The position numbers were made by a program, and so were the translations under genes. A stretch of DNA of 34,615 nucleotides from a virus, in the IMG/VR virus record IMGVR_UViG_3300031418_000062; one strand, given 5' to 3'. The notes under the pieces are model-generated. The model did no database searches, was not told the DNA's origin, and was given only the letters and a program-made list of their open reading frames with translations. Shown here in pieces: positions 17,114-25,075 of the stretch (position 1 is its first letter; each line of letters begins with the position of its first letter).

Positions 17114-17219
17114 CCGCTCCCAGGTGCGGCACTCCCGCGCGCGGGGCATCCTGTCGCCACCGTCTGAACTGACCGATCCCCGGCCACAACGGCCACCTCT
17201 TTACCAACCTGGAGCACAC

Positions 17220-18398
17220 ATGGCAACCGATTACCACCACGGTGTACGAGTCCTCGAAATCAACGAGGGTTCGCGCCCGATTCGCACTATCTCGACCGCC
17301 GTCATCGGCATGGTCTGCACGGCCGAGGACGCCGACGCCGCGGCCTTCCCCCTGAACAAGCCGGTCCTGCTGACCGATATCGCGTCGGCTGTCGGCAAGG
17401 CCGGCACCAAGGGCACCCTGGCGCGCGCGCTCAAGGCGATCGCCGCACAGACCAAGCCGGTGACCATCGTCGTGCGCGTGGCCGAAGGCGAGGACGCGGC
17501 CGCAACCGCCGCCAACGTCATCGGCACCACCACCGCAGCCGGCCAGAAAACCGGCCTGCAGGCCCTGCTGGCCGCGCAATCGATGTTCGGCGTGAAGCCG
17601 CGGATCCTGGGCGCCCCGGGACTGGACAACCTGGCTGTCGGCACCGAGCTGGCGGCGATCGCCCAGAAGCTGCGCGGCTTCGCCTACCTCTCGGCCTTCG
17701 ATTGCAAGACCAAGGAAGAGGTCGCCGCCTACCGCGCCGGCTTCAGCCAGCGTGAAGTCATGATTATCTGGCCGGACTTCATCAACTTCGACACCGTGGC
17801 CAAGGCCGACGTCGACGCGCCGGCCGTCGCTTACGCCCTGGGCCTGCGCGCCAAGATCGACGCCGACACCGGCTGGCACAAGACCCTGTCGAACGTGGGC
17901 GTCAACGGCGTCACCGGCATCACCATCCCGGTGTTCTGGGACCTGCAGGACCCGGCCACCGATGCCGGCTACCTGAACGAGCAGGACATCACGACCCTGA
18001 TCCGCAAGGACGGCTACCGCTTCTGGGGCAGCCGCACCTGCTCGGATGACCCGCTGTTCGCCTTCGAAAGCTACACCCGCACCGCCCAGGTCCTGGCCGA
18101 CACCATGGCCGAGGCGCACATGTGGGCCGTCGACAAGGATATGCACCCCTCCCTGGTGCGCGACATCCTGGAAGGCATCAACGCCAAGTTCCGCGAACTG
18201 GTCAACGCCGGCTACCTGATCGGCGCCGAGGCCTGGTTCGACGCCTCGGCCAACACCGCGGAAACGCTCAAGGATGGCAAGTTGACCATCGACTACGCGT
18301 ACACCCCGGTACCGCCGCTGGAAAACATGATGCTGCGCCAGCGCATCACGGACCAGTACCTGGTCGACTTCGCCACCAGCGTGGCGGCCGCCGGCTGA
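17220..18398 (+). CDS. FI: Contractile tail sheath protein (P2 FI family)
   Basis: 392 aa from the internal ATG. The N-terminus MATDYHHGVRVLEINEGSRPI is typical of sheath proteins, and the gene precedes the tube gene. Confidence 0.92.
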   Translation: MATDYHHGVRVLEINEGSRPIRTISTAVIGMVCTAEDADAAAFPLNKPVLLTDIASAVGKAGTKGTLARALKAIAAQTKPVTIVVRVAEGEDAAATAANVIGTTTAAGQKTGLQALLAAQSMFGVKPRILGAPGLDNLAVGTELAAIAQKLRGFAYLSAFDCKTKEEVAAYRAGFSQREVMIIWPDFINFDTVAKADVDAPAVAYALGLRAKIDADTGWHKTLSNVGVNGVTGITIPVFWDLQDPATDAGYLNEQDITTLIRKDGYRFWGSRTCSDDPLFAFESYTRTAQVLADTMAEAHMWAVDKDMHPSLVRDILEGINAKFRELVNAGYLIGAEAWFDASANTAETLKDGKLTIDYAYTPVPPLENMMLRQRITDQYLVDFATSVAAAG

Positions 18399-18435
18399 TC
18401 GGTCCGGAACATCATCTTTTAACTAGGAGAAAAGC

Positions 18436-18945
18436 ATGGGCATGCCCAGCAAACTTAAAGGCTTCAATATTTTCAACGACGGTAACAACTACCAGGGCGT
18501 GGTTGCCGAGGTGGTCCTGCCGAAGCTGACCAAAAAAATGGAAGAGTGGCGCGGCAGCGGCATGAACGGCCCGATCAAGGTCGATATGGGCCAGGAAGCC
18601 ATGGTCCTGGAGTGGACGGTTGGCGGCATGATGCGCGGCGTCCTCGACCAGTGGGGCGTGACGACCCACAACGGCGTGATGGTTCGTTTCGCCGGCGGCT
18701 ATCAGAGTTCGGACACCGGCACGGTGGACGCCGTGGAAGTGGTGGTCCGCGGCCGCCATAGCGAGATCGACATGGGCACCGCCAAGCCTGGCGACGATAC
18801 CGCGATCAAGATCGTCACCGAGGTGAGCTACTACAAGCTGACCATCAACGGCCAGGACGTGATCGAGATCGACCTGATCGGCATGATCGAGAAGGTCAAC
18901 GGCACCGACCGCCTGGCCGACCTGCGCCAAGCGATCGGCCTCTAA
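18436..18945 (+). CDS. FII: Tail tube protein (P2 FII family)
   Basis: 169 aa with AGGAG 6 nt upstream. PSKLKGFNIFNDGNNYQGVVAEVVLPKLTKKMEEWRG parallels the P2 FII N-terminus. Confidence 0.92.
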   Translation: MGMPSKLKGFNIFNDGNNYQGVVAEVVLPKLTKKMEEWRGSGMNGPIKVDMGQEAMVLEWTVGGMMRGVLDQWGVTTHNGVMVRFAGGYQSSDTGTVDAVEVVVRGRHSEIDMGTAKPGDDTAIKIVTEVSYYKLTINGQDVIEIDLIGMIEKVNGTDRLADLRQAIGL

Positions 18946-19011
18946 GCCCGCCGCACCCCGCCGCCTGGGCGACCAGGCGGCCCCCTCCCCTGAACATAGC
19001 GAGATACCAAC

Positions 19012-19317
19012 ATGAACGAGAACAACCCGAACACCGTCACCCTGGAAACCCCGATCAAGCGCGGCGAACAGACCATCGAGCAAGTCACCCTGCGCAAGCC
19101 GTCCGCCGGCGAGCTGCGCGGCACCTCCCTGTCGGCCTTGATGAACCTGGACATCGACGCACTGCAAAAAGTCCTGCCGCGCATCGCCAACCCGATGCTC
19201 ACCGAAGCCGATGTCGCCCAACTGGATCCGGCCGACCTGGTGCAGCTGGGGAGCGTGTTCGCCGGTTTTTTGCTGACGAAGGCCGCGCAAGCGAGCATGG
19301 CATCCCGAACCGCGTAG
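19012..19317 (+). CDS. E: Tail assembly chaperone E (zero-frame product)
   Basis: 101 aa, lying between the tube and tape-measure genes. Contains a slippery heptamer near its 3' end. Confidence 0.85.
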   Translation: MNENNPNTVTLETPIKRGEQTIEQVTLRKPSAGELRGTSLSALMNLDIDALQKVLPRIANPMLTEADVAQLDPADLVQLGSVFAGFLLTKAAQASMASRTA

Positions 19318-19439
19318 AGGACGCGATGGCCGACATCGCCGTGGTGTTCCACTGGACACCGCAGGCGATGGACGGCCTGGCCCTGGCTGAATTGATGGAC
19401 TGGCGCGAGCGTGCGCGCGTACGAAGTGGGAATGAGTAA
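19012..19439 (+). CDS. E': Tail assembly chaperone E+E' (-1 programmed frameshift product)
   Basis: After ggT TTT TTG (19266-19272), the -1 frame stays open for 55 codons (ADEGRASEHGIPNRVEDAMADIAVVFHWTPQAMDGLALAELMDWRERARVRSGNE). It stops at TAA 19437-19439, abutting the tape-measure ATG at 19440. Confidence 0.75.
19266..19272 (+). other. Slippery heptamer TTTTTTG for the E/E' -1 frameshift
   Basis: T6G heptamer in the zero frame GGT TTT TTG, the same type of site used by P2 E/E'. Confidence 0.7.
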
Positions 19440-22400
19440 ATGTCGAACGATCTGAGATTACGAGTGCTGTTCAACCTGGCCGACAGCATCACCGGGCCCC
19501 TGCGCAATATCCGGCAAGGGAACGACGACGTCGCCAAGTCTTTGCGGGAAACTCGGAACCGCCTCAAGGAGCTGAACAAGACCCAGGCCGAGATCGGCGC
19601 GCTGCGCGAGCTGCGCACCGGCATGGCGGCCACGGCCGGCGAGCTGAACGCGGCCAAGACCCGGGTGGCGTCGCTCGCCCAGGCGCTCCACGCAAACGGC
19701 CCGCCAACCCAGGCAATGGTCCGGGACTTCGAACAGGCCCGGACGGCCGCGCGCGCGCTGCAGGACCAGCACCGCCAGCAATACGTCCAGCTGCATCAAC
19801 TCCGCACCGGCCTGGCCGGCGCCGGCATCGACACCCGCAACCTGTCCCAGCACGAGCGCGACCTGCGCCAGAACATCCAGGCCACCACGGCCGACATGCA
19901 ACGCCAGCAGCAACAGCTGGCCGAGCTGGCCGCGCGCGAGCGCCGCCTGGGCGAGGCCCGGGCGCGCATGCAGCGCACCCAGGAGACCGCCGGCAAGATG
20001 ACCAGCACCGGCGCGGGCATGGCTGCAGCCGGCGCCGTCACCACGGCCGCGCTGTCGGTCCCTGTGACCGAATACGCGAAGGCCGAGGACTCGGCCACCC
20101 AGCTGTCCGGCGCCCTGATGCGCGCCGGCGGCGTGGTCCCTCCCGAGTTCGAGAAAATCAACGCCCTGGCCATGAAGCTGGGCGATCGCCTGCCCGGCAC
20201 CACGTCGGACTTCCAGGACATGATGACGATGCTGACCCGCCAGGGCATCTCGGCGCAGACCATCCTGGGCGGCATGGGCGAGGCGGCCGCGTACCTGGGC
20301 GTGCAGCTGAAAAAGACGCCGGCAGAGGCGGCCGAGTTCGCGGCCAAGATGCAGGACGCGACCAAGACCACCGAAAAGGACATGCTCAGCCTGATGGACG
20401 TGATTCAGCGGACCTTCTACCTGGGCGTGGACGATAACAACATGCTCAACGGCATGGCCAAGCTCAGCCCGGCCATGGACACGATCAAGATGAAGGGCCT
20501 GGAAGGGGCCAAGGCCGTGGCGCCGCTGCTGGTGATGGCCGACCAGTCCGGCATGGCCGGCGAAGCCGCGGGCAACGCCTACCGGAAGATCTTCCAGATG
20601 GGCATGGACAAGAAGAAGATCGACAAGGCCAACAAGGGTCTGGCGCCGGCGCAGCGCCTGGACTTTACCGATGGAAAGGGCGAATTCGGCGGCTTTGACA
20701 AGATGTTCAAGCAGCTGGACAAGCTCAAGGGCCTGACCACGCAAAAGCGCCTGTCTGTCCTCAAGGAAGTTTTCGGGGATGATGCCGAAACGCTGCAAGT
20801 CGTCTCCCTGCTGATGGAGAAAGGCGTCGACGGCTACCGCGAGGTGCAGGGCAAGATGGCCGCCCAGGCCTCCCTGCAGGAGCGCGTCAACCAGCAGCTC
20901 GGCACCCTGAAAAACCTGTGGGAAGCTGCCGGCGGCACCTTCACCAACACCATGGTGGCCTTCGGTGAAACGCTCGCCCCCGAATTGAAGGCAACCACGG
21001 AATGGCTCGGAGACACGGCCCAGAAGATGGGCGCATGGGCGCGCGAGAACCCGCGTTTGTCTGGTGGCCTGATGAAAACCGTGGCCGCCCTCGGGATCCT
21101 GCTCACCGTCGGCGGCGCGCTGCTGGTGATGCTCGGGACCGTCCTCGGCCCCCTGGCAATGCTCAAGTTCAGCCTGACCACCCTCGGCATGCAGGGCGGC
21201 CTCATGGCGAACGTGTTCCGGATGGCCATATCACCGCTCAAGCTGCTGGGCCAGGCCGTGCTATTCATCGGCCGCGCCATGCTGATGAACCCCATCGGCC
21301 TGGCAATCACCGGGATCGCCGTCGCCGCCTTCCTGATCTACAAGTACTGGGGCCCCATCAAGGAATTCTTTGGCGGTCTGTGGGACCAGGTGAAAGCCGC
21401 GTTCAACGGCGGCATCGGCGCGATCGGCGCCCTGCTGGTGAACTGGTCGCCAGCCGGGCTGTTCTACCGAGCCTTCGCCGGCGTGATGTCCTATTTCGGC
21501 ATCGACATGCCTTCCAAGCTGTCGCAGTTCGGCGCGAACATCATCACCAGCCTGGCCACCAGCCTGGCCCCGATCGGCGCCTTTGTCGGCGGATTGTGGG
21601 ACCAGATAAAGACGGCTTTCAACGGGGGCATCGGCTCGATCGGCGCCCTCCTGGCTAACTGGTCCCCGGTCGGGCTGTTCTACCAGGCCTTCGCCGCGGT
21701 GATGTCCTATTTCGGGATCGACCTGCCGGCCAAGTTCTCGACCTTCGGGGCGAACATCATCGCCGGCCTGGTCAACGGCATCACCGGCGGCCTGGGATCC
21801 GTCCAGACCGCAATCACGGCGGCCGCCGACAGCACGGTGGCCTGGTTCAAGGAAAAACTGGGAATCAAGAGCCCGAGCCGGGTGTTTGGCGAGCTGGGCG
21901 GCTTCATCAGCCAAGGCGCCGCTGTCGGGATCGAAGGCGAGCAGGGAAAGGTAGCCAAGGCGATCGCGGCCCTGGCAACGGTCGCCTCGGCCACGTTCAC
22001 GCCTGCTGTCACTGTTGCCGCCCAGCTGCCCACGACGCCGCCGGCGCAGCTGCAGCCGGTGGTGGCCGCGGCCAAGTCGCCGGCAGCGGCACCGGCACCG
22101 GCCCAGCTGCAGCCGGTGGTGGCCGTGGCGAAGTCGCCGGCAGCAGCGCCGGCACCGACCCAGCTGCAGCCAATGGCGGCCGCGGCCAAGTCGCCGGCAG
22201 CGGCACCGGCACCGGCCCAGCTGCAGCCAATGGCGGCCGCGGCCAAGTCGCCGGCAGCGGCGGCGGCGCCGGCCCAGCTGCAGCCGGTGGTGGCCGTGGC
22301 GAAGTCGCCGGCAGCGGCGGCGGCGCCGGCCCAGCTGCAGCCAGTGGCGGCCGCGGCGAAGTCGCCGGCAGCGGCGGCGCCGCCGGCCCAGCTGCAGCCG

Positions 22401-22925
22401 GTGGTGGCCGTGGCGAAGTCGCCGGCAGCGGCACCGGCACCGACCCAGCTGCAGCCAATGGCGGCCGCGGCCAAGTCGCCGGCAGCGGCGGCGGCGCCGG
22501 CCCAGCTGCAGCCGGTGGTGGCCGTGGCGAAGTCGCCGGCGGCGGCGGCGCCGGCCCAGCTGCAGCCGGTGGTGGCCGTGGCGAAGTCGCCGGCGGCGGC
22601 GGCGGCGCCGGCCCAGCTGCAGCCAGTGGCGGCCGCGGCGAAGTCGCCGGCAGCGGCGGCGCAGCCGGTGACGGCCGCGGCCAAGGCGTCGATCGTCAAC
22701 CCGGTCCCGATCGACACGCGCGCATCCGTGCTCACGCCGAAGGCCGGCGCAGGATCCGCAGCTGGCGGCGCCGGCGCTGCAGGTGGCGGGAATAACACGT
22801 ACACCATCAACATCAACCCCGCTCCAGGGATGGACCCGGCCGCGATCGCGCGCGCCGTGGCCGCTGAACTGGACCGCCGCGAGCGCGCGAAGCAGTCGCG
22901 CATCGGCTCGCGCCTGACCGATTGA
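19440..22925 (+). CDS. T: Tail tape measure protein (P2 gpT family) with an internal 72-aa duplication and an 11-copy 19-aa tandem repeat
   Basis: 1161 aa. It has a helical N-terminus, hydrophobic central segments and sits between E/E' and U. Confidence 0.92.
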   Translation: MSNDLRLRVLFNLADSITGPLRNIRQGNDDVAKSLRETRNRLKELNKTQAEIGALRELRTGMAATAGELNAAKTRVASLAQALHANGPPTQAMVRDFEQARTAARALQDQHRQQYVQLHQLRTGLAGAGIDTRNLSQHERDLRQNIQATTADMQRQQQQLAELAARERRLGEARARMQRTQETAGKMTSTGAGMAAAGAVTTAALSVPVTEYAKAEDSATQLSGALMRAGGVVPPEFEKINALAMKLGDRLPGTTSDFQDMMTMLTRQGISAQTILGGMGEAAAYLGVQLKKTPAEAAEFAAKMQDATKTTEKDMLSLMDVIQRTFYLGVDDNNMLNGMAKLSPAMDTIKMKGLEGAKAVAPLLVMADQSGMAGEAAGNAYRKIFQMGMDKKKIDKANKGLAPAQRLDFTDGKGEFGGFDKMFKQLDKLKGLTTQKRLSVLKEVFGDDAETLQVVSLLMEKGVDGYREVQGKMAAQASLQERVNQQLGTLKNLWEAAGGTFTNTMVAFGETLAPELKATTEWLGDTAQKMGAWARENPRLSGGLMKTVAALGILLTVGGALLVMLGTVLGPLAMLKFSLTTLGMQGGLMANVFRMAISPLKLLGQAVLFIGRAMLMNPIGLAITGIAVAAFLIYKYWGPIKEFFGGLWDQVKAAFNGGIGAIGALLVNWSPAGLFYRAFAGVMSYFGIDMPSKLSQFGANIITSLATSLAPIGAFVGGLWDQIKTAFNGGIGSIGALLANWSPVGLFYQAFAAVMSYFGIDLPAKFSTFGANIIAGLVNGITGGLGSVQTAITAAADSTVAWFKEKLGIKSPSRVFGELGGFISQGAAVGIEGEQGKVAKAIAALATVASATFTPAVTVAAQLPTTPPAQLQPVVAAAKSPAAAPAPAQLQPVVAVAKSPAAAPAPTQLQPMAAAAKSPAAAPAPAQLQPMAAAAKSPAAAAAPAQLQPVVAVAKSPAAAAAPAQLQPVAAAAKSPAAAAPPAQLQPVVAVAKSPAAAPAPTQLQPMAAAAKSPAAAAAPAQLQPVVAVAKSPAAAAPAQLQPVVAVAKSPAAAAAPAQLQPVAAAAKSPAAAAQPVTAAAKASIVNPVPIDTRASVLTPKAGAGSAAGGAGAAGGGNNTYTININPAPGMDPAAIARAVAAELDRRERAKQSRIGSRLTD
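22041..22664 (+). repeat. In-frame tandem repeat, 11 copies of 57 nt (one copy 54 nt), encoding PAQLQPVVAVAKSPAAAAA-type units inside the tape measure gene
   Basis: Units start at 22041, 22098 and so on, with period 57. The copies differ by a few substitutions (V/M, A/P). Confidence 0.95.
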
Positions 22926-22935
22926 GGAAGTTTCC

Positions 22936-23346
22936 ATGCTGCTATCACTGGATCAATTCACCTTTGGCATGGACACCCTGCCCTGGCAAGAGCTGCAGCG
23001 GCAAACGCAGTGGAAACACCGCAGCAGCTCGCGCGTGGGCGCCCGGGATGCGCGCCAGTACCTCGGCCCGGGCGAGGACGTGGTGACCATCAACGGCGTC
23101 CTGGTCCCCGAGATCACCGGGGATGCGGTGTACCTGGAGGATCTGCGCGCAATGGCCGACGCCGGGGATGCCTATGTCCTGGTCGACGCGACCGGCAACG
23201 TGTACGGCGCTTTCGTGATCGAGTACGTGAACGAGACCCAGAACGGCCACAAGAAGGACGGCACGCCACGGCGGATCGACTTCACGGTTGGCCTGTCCCG
23301 GGTTGACGAAAGCCTGGCGGCCGAGCAGCTGGCGAGCGAGGAATAA
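22936..23346 (+). CDS. U: Tail protein U (P2 gpU family)
   Basis: 136 aa, located between T and D. LLSLDQFTFGMDTLPWQELQR is a gpU-like N-terminus. Confidence 0.88.
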   Translation: MLLSLDQFTFGMDTLPWQELQRQTQWKHRSSSRVGARDARQYLGPGEDVVTINGVLVPEITGDAVYLEDLRAMADAGDAYVLVDATGNVYGAFVIEYVNETQNGHKKDGTPRRIDFTVGLSRVDESLAAEQLASEE

Positions 23347-24360
23347 ATGCGACAGCCTACCCCTGATTTCGTCGTCACCCTGGACGGCAAGAACCTCAGC
23401 AGTAAGCTGGCCCCGCGCCTTATCAGCCTGACGATCAACGAATGCCGCAGCGATGAAGCCGACATGCTCGACATCGTTCTCAACGACAGCGACGGCCAGC
23501 TGGCCCTGCCGTCCCGCGGCGCCGTCCTGGCCGTGTCCATGGGATGGGCTGGCCAGCCCCTGGTCGACAAGGGCACGTTCACCGTGGATGAGGTCGAGCA
23601 CAGCGGGTCCCCGGATATCCTCACCCTGCGCGCGCGCAGCGCGTCCATGACCAAGAACATGGGCACGCGCCAGGAAAAAAGCTGGCACGGTCAAACCCTG
23701 GGCGGCATCGTGAAGGCGATCGCCGGCAAGCACAGCCTCAAGCCGGTGATAGGCGACCAGCTGGGCAAGATCGTGATCCCGCACATCGACCAGACCCACG
23801 AAAGCGACATGGCCTTCCTGACGCGCCTGGCGAAACGGTACGACGCCGTTATGACTGTGAAGGAAGGCAACCTGCTGTTCATGCCGATCGGCCAGGGCGA
23901 GACCGCCAGCGGGAAAAAGCTGCCGGTCATCAGCATCACGCGCAAGGACGGCGACCAGCACCGGTACCACGTTGCCGACCGCGAGAACTACGAGGGCGTG
24001 CGCGCCTACTGGCACAACGGGAAGAAGGGCAAGCGCAAGGAGGTGATCGTGGGTGGCGAGGTGAACCGCAACACCAAGACGCTGCCCGAGACCTACGCCA
24101 CCGAAGCCGAGGCCAAGGCGGCGGCGACGTCGGAATACAAGCGGGTCAAGCGCGGCCAGGCGGTGATGGGCTATACCCTCGCCCTGGGCCGGCCCGAGAT
24201 CCGGCCCGAGCTGCAGGTATCGGTCAGCGGCTTCAAGCCCGAGATCGACGGCACTACCTGGCTGGTCCAGCGCGCAAGCCACACCATTTCGGATGGCGGC
24301 CTGTCTACATCGCTCGAGCTCGAGACGAGCGAAGCCGCAGACCAGGGCAAGACCAAGTAG
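23347..24360 (+). CDS. D: Tail protein / late control protein D (P2 gpD family)
   Basis: 337 aa, starting TAAATG-adjacent to U. PDFVVTLDGKNLSSKLAPRLISLTI...DEADMLDIVLND is the gpD signature. Confidence 0.9.
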   Translation: MRQPTPDFVVTLDGKNLSSKLAPRLISLTINECRSDEADMLDIVLNDSDGQLALPSRGAVLAVSMGWAGQPLVDKGTFTVDEVEHSGSPDILTLRARSASMTKNMGTRQEKSWHGQTLGGIVKAIAGKHSLKPVIGDQLGKIVIPHIDQTHESDMAFLTRLAKRYDAVMTVKEGNLLFMPIGQGETASGKKLPVISITRKDGDQHRYHVADRENYEGVRAYWHNGKKGKRKEVIVGGEVNRNTKTLPETYATEAEAKAAATSEYKRVKRGQAVMGYTLALGRPEIRPELQVSVSGFKPEIDGTTWLVQRASHTISDGGLSTSLELETSEAADQGKTK

Positions 24361-24470
24361 CGCGCCGGCGCCGCGGCCGCGCACCTGGTGCGCACCTGGT
24401 CGACGTCCAGCTGCTCGAGCTCGAGGCCTGCGCGATCGCCGCCGGCGCCGGCCGGCACCGATCACGGCCC
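24358..24470 (+). repeat. Dispersed palindrome-rich element, copy B (starts at the D stop codon)
   Basis: TAGCGCGCCGGCGCC...gcacctggtgcgcacctggtcgacgtccagctgctcgagctcgagg..gcgatcgccgcc is about 90 percent identical over ~80 nt to the reverse complement of the 138-bp tandem unit at 33641-34054. Confidence 0.85.
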
Positions 24471-24687
24471 AGGGTGAAGCAGCGTCCACAACTTCACCAG
24501 GTAATACCCGGCCCTCATGAGCTGGGAGAGGCAGGCACTGGCCTGGCGGGCAATTCTCAACTTTCGCATATCGTTTCCTTTCGGGTTGAACCGATACGAT
24601 GACCTCGATCGGCGCCGGATTCCTCTGGTGGGTTTTCCGGCAAGGAAATTCTGCTGTCACGACGGCGCGGTACGTATAGCCGGCGGC

Positions 24688-24822
24688 TGTCTAACAAACC
24701 ACGGTTTTTTAGACACTCAACAAGAAAGGGCCAACCGGCCCTTTTTTCACACTGGAAGTGTCTAAAAACCCTGTATAGTTTTCTATGTCTAACAAACCAC
24801 GTTGAAACTTAATTTTTATACA
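24688..24822. promoter_or_regulatory. Cluster of TGTCTA-type half-sites (candidate res/operator site) upstream of the recombinase operon
   Basis: A 28-bp near-perfect palindrome, TGTCTAACAAACCacGGTTTTTTAGACA, lies at 24688-24715. Further half-sites are TGTCTAAAA (24759), TGTATAGTT (24772), TGTCTAACAAACCACG (24786, an exact repeat of 24688-24703) and an inverted TGTATAAAA (24814-24822). Confidence 0.55.
24725..24747 (+). terminator. Short GC hairpin plus T6 (possible terminator of the tail operon), embedded in the TGTCTA cluster
   Basis: aaagggcc aacc ggccctttttt. The A-run upstream could make it bidirectional. The stem is only 5-6 bp. Confidence 0.5.
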
Positions 24823-24838
24823 GAAAGGGTAGGTTCCT

Positions 24839-25075
24839 ATGGATGTTCGTGATATTGCTCAGCAGTGGCGGGTGGCGAAGGGCTATGAGGGCCGCGGTGG
24901 TGTCGTTGTGGTGTTCGACGGTGTCGCAGGCGGTTGGGTAGATTGTCTTCGCAATCCGGAGCACTGGCGCATTGGTAATTACGCGGTCGATGAGTCCGGC
25001 AAGGTATGGATCGCCAGTGGCGTCCAGGTGACGGATGACGATACGGCATCGTCGTGGAAGCCTGTAGAGCAATGA
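24839..25075 (+). CDS. Hypothetical protein (78 aa)
   Basis: ORF with aaaggg upstream and an ATGA overlap with the next ORF. No recognisable motif. Confidence 0.5.
   Translation: MDVRDIAQQWRVAKGYEGRGGVVVVFDGVAGGWVDCLRNPEHWRIGNYAVDESGKVWIASGVQVTDDDTASSWKPVEQ

Noticed and set aside
14173-18146. Very long minus-strand ORFs (14173-16254, 16377-18146) antisense to the tail fibre and sheath genes.
   Set aside because: Same reason: low-complexity Arg/Gly-rich shadow frames opposite well-supported structural genes.
22041-22664. Possible CRISPR array (regular 57-nt periodicity).
   Set aside because: The repeats are contiguous with no unique spacers, in frame within the tape measure gene, and no cas genes are present.
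19458-24660. Minus-strand ORFs 19458-20798, 21261-22937, 21707-22948 and 22945-24660, plus the plus-strand 22015-22671 (RRRR/SRRQ repeats).
   Set aside because: These are antisense or off-frame readings of the tape measure, U and D genes. The repeat-derived Arg-rich peptides are artefacts of the 57-nt repeat being open in all frames.
24517-24765. 82-aa plus-strand ORF in the D-to-recombinase intergenic region.
   Set aside because: It spans the repeat copy, the TGTCTA palindrome and the hairpin terminator. It has no RBS, poor codon bias and an odd composition, so it is probably non-coding.
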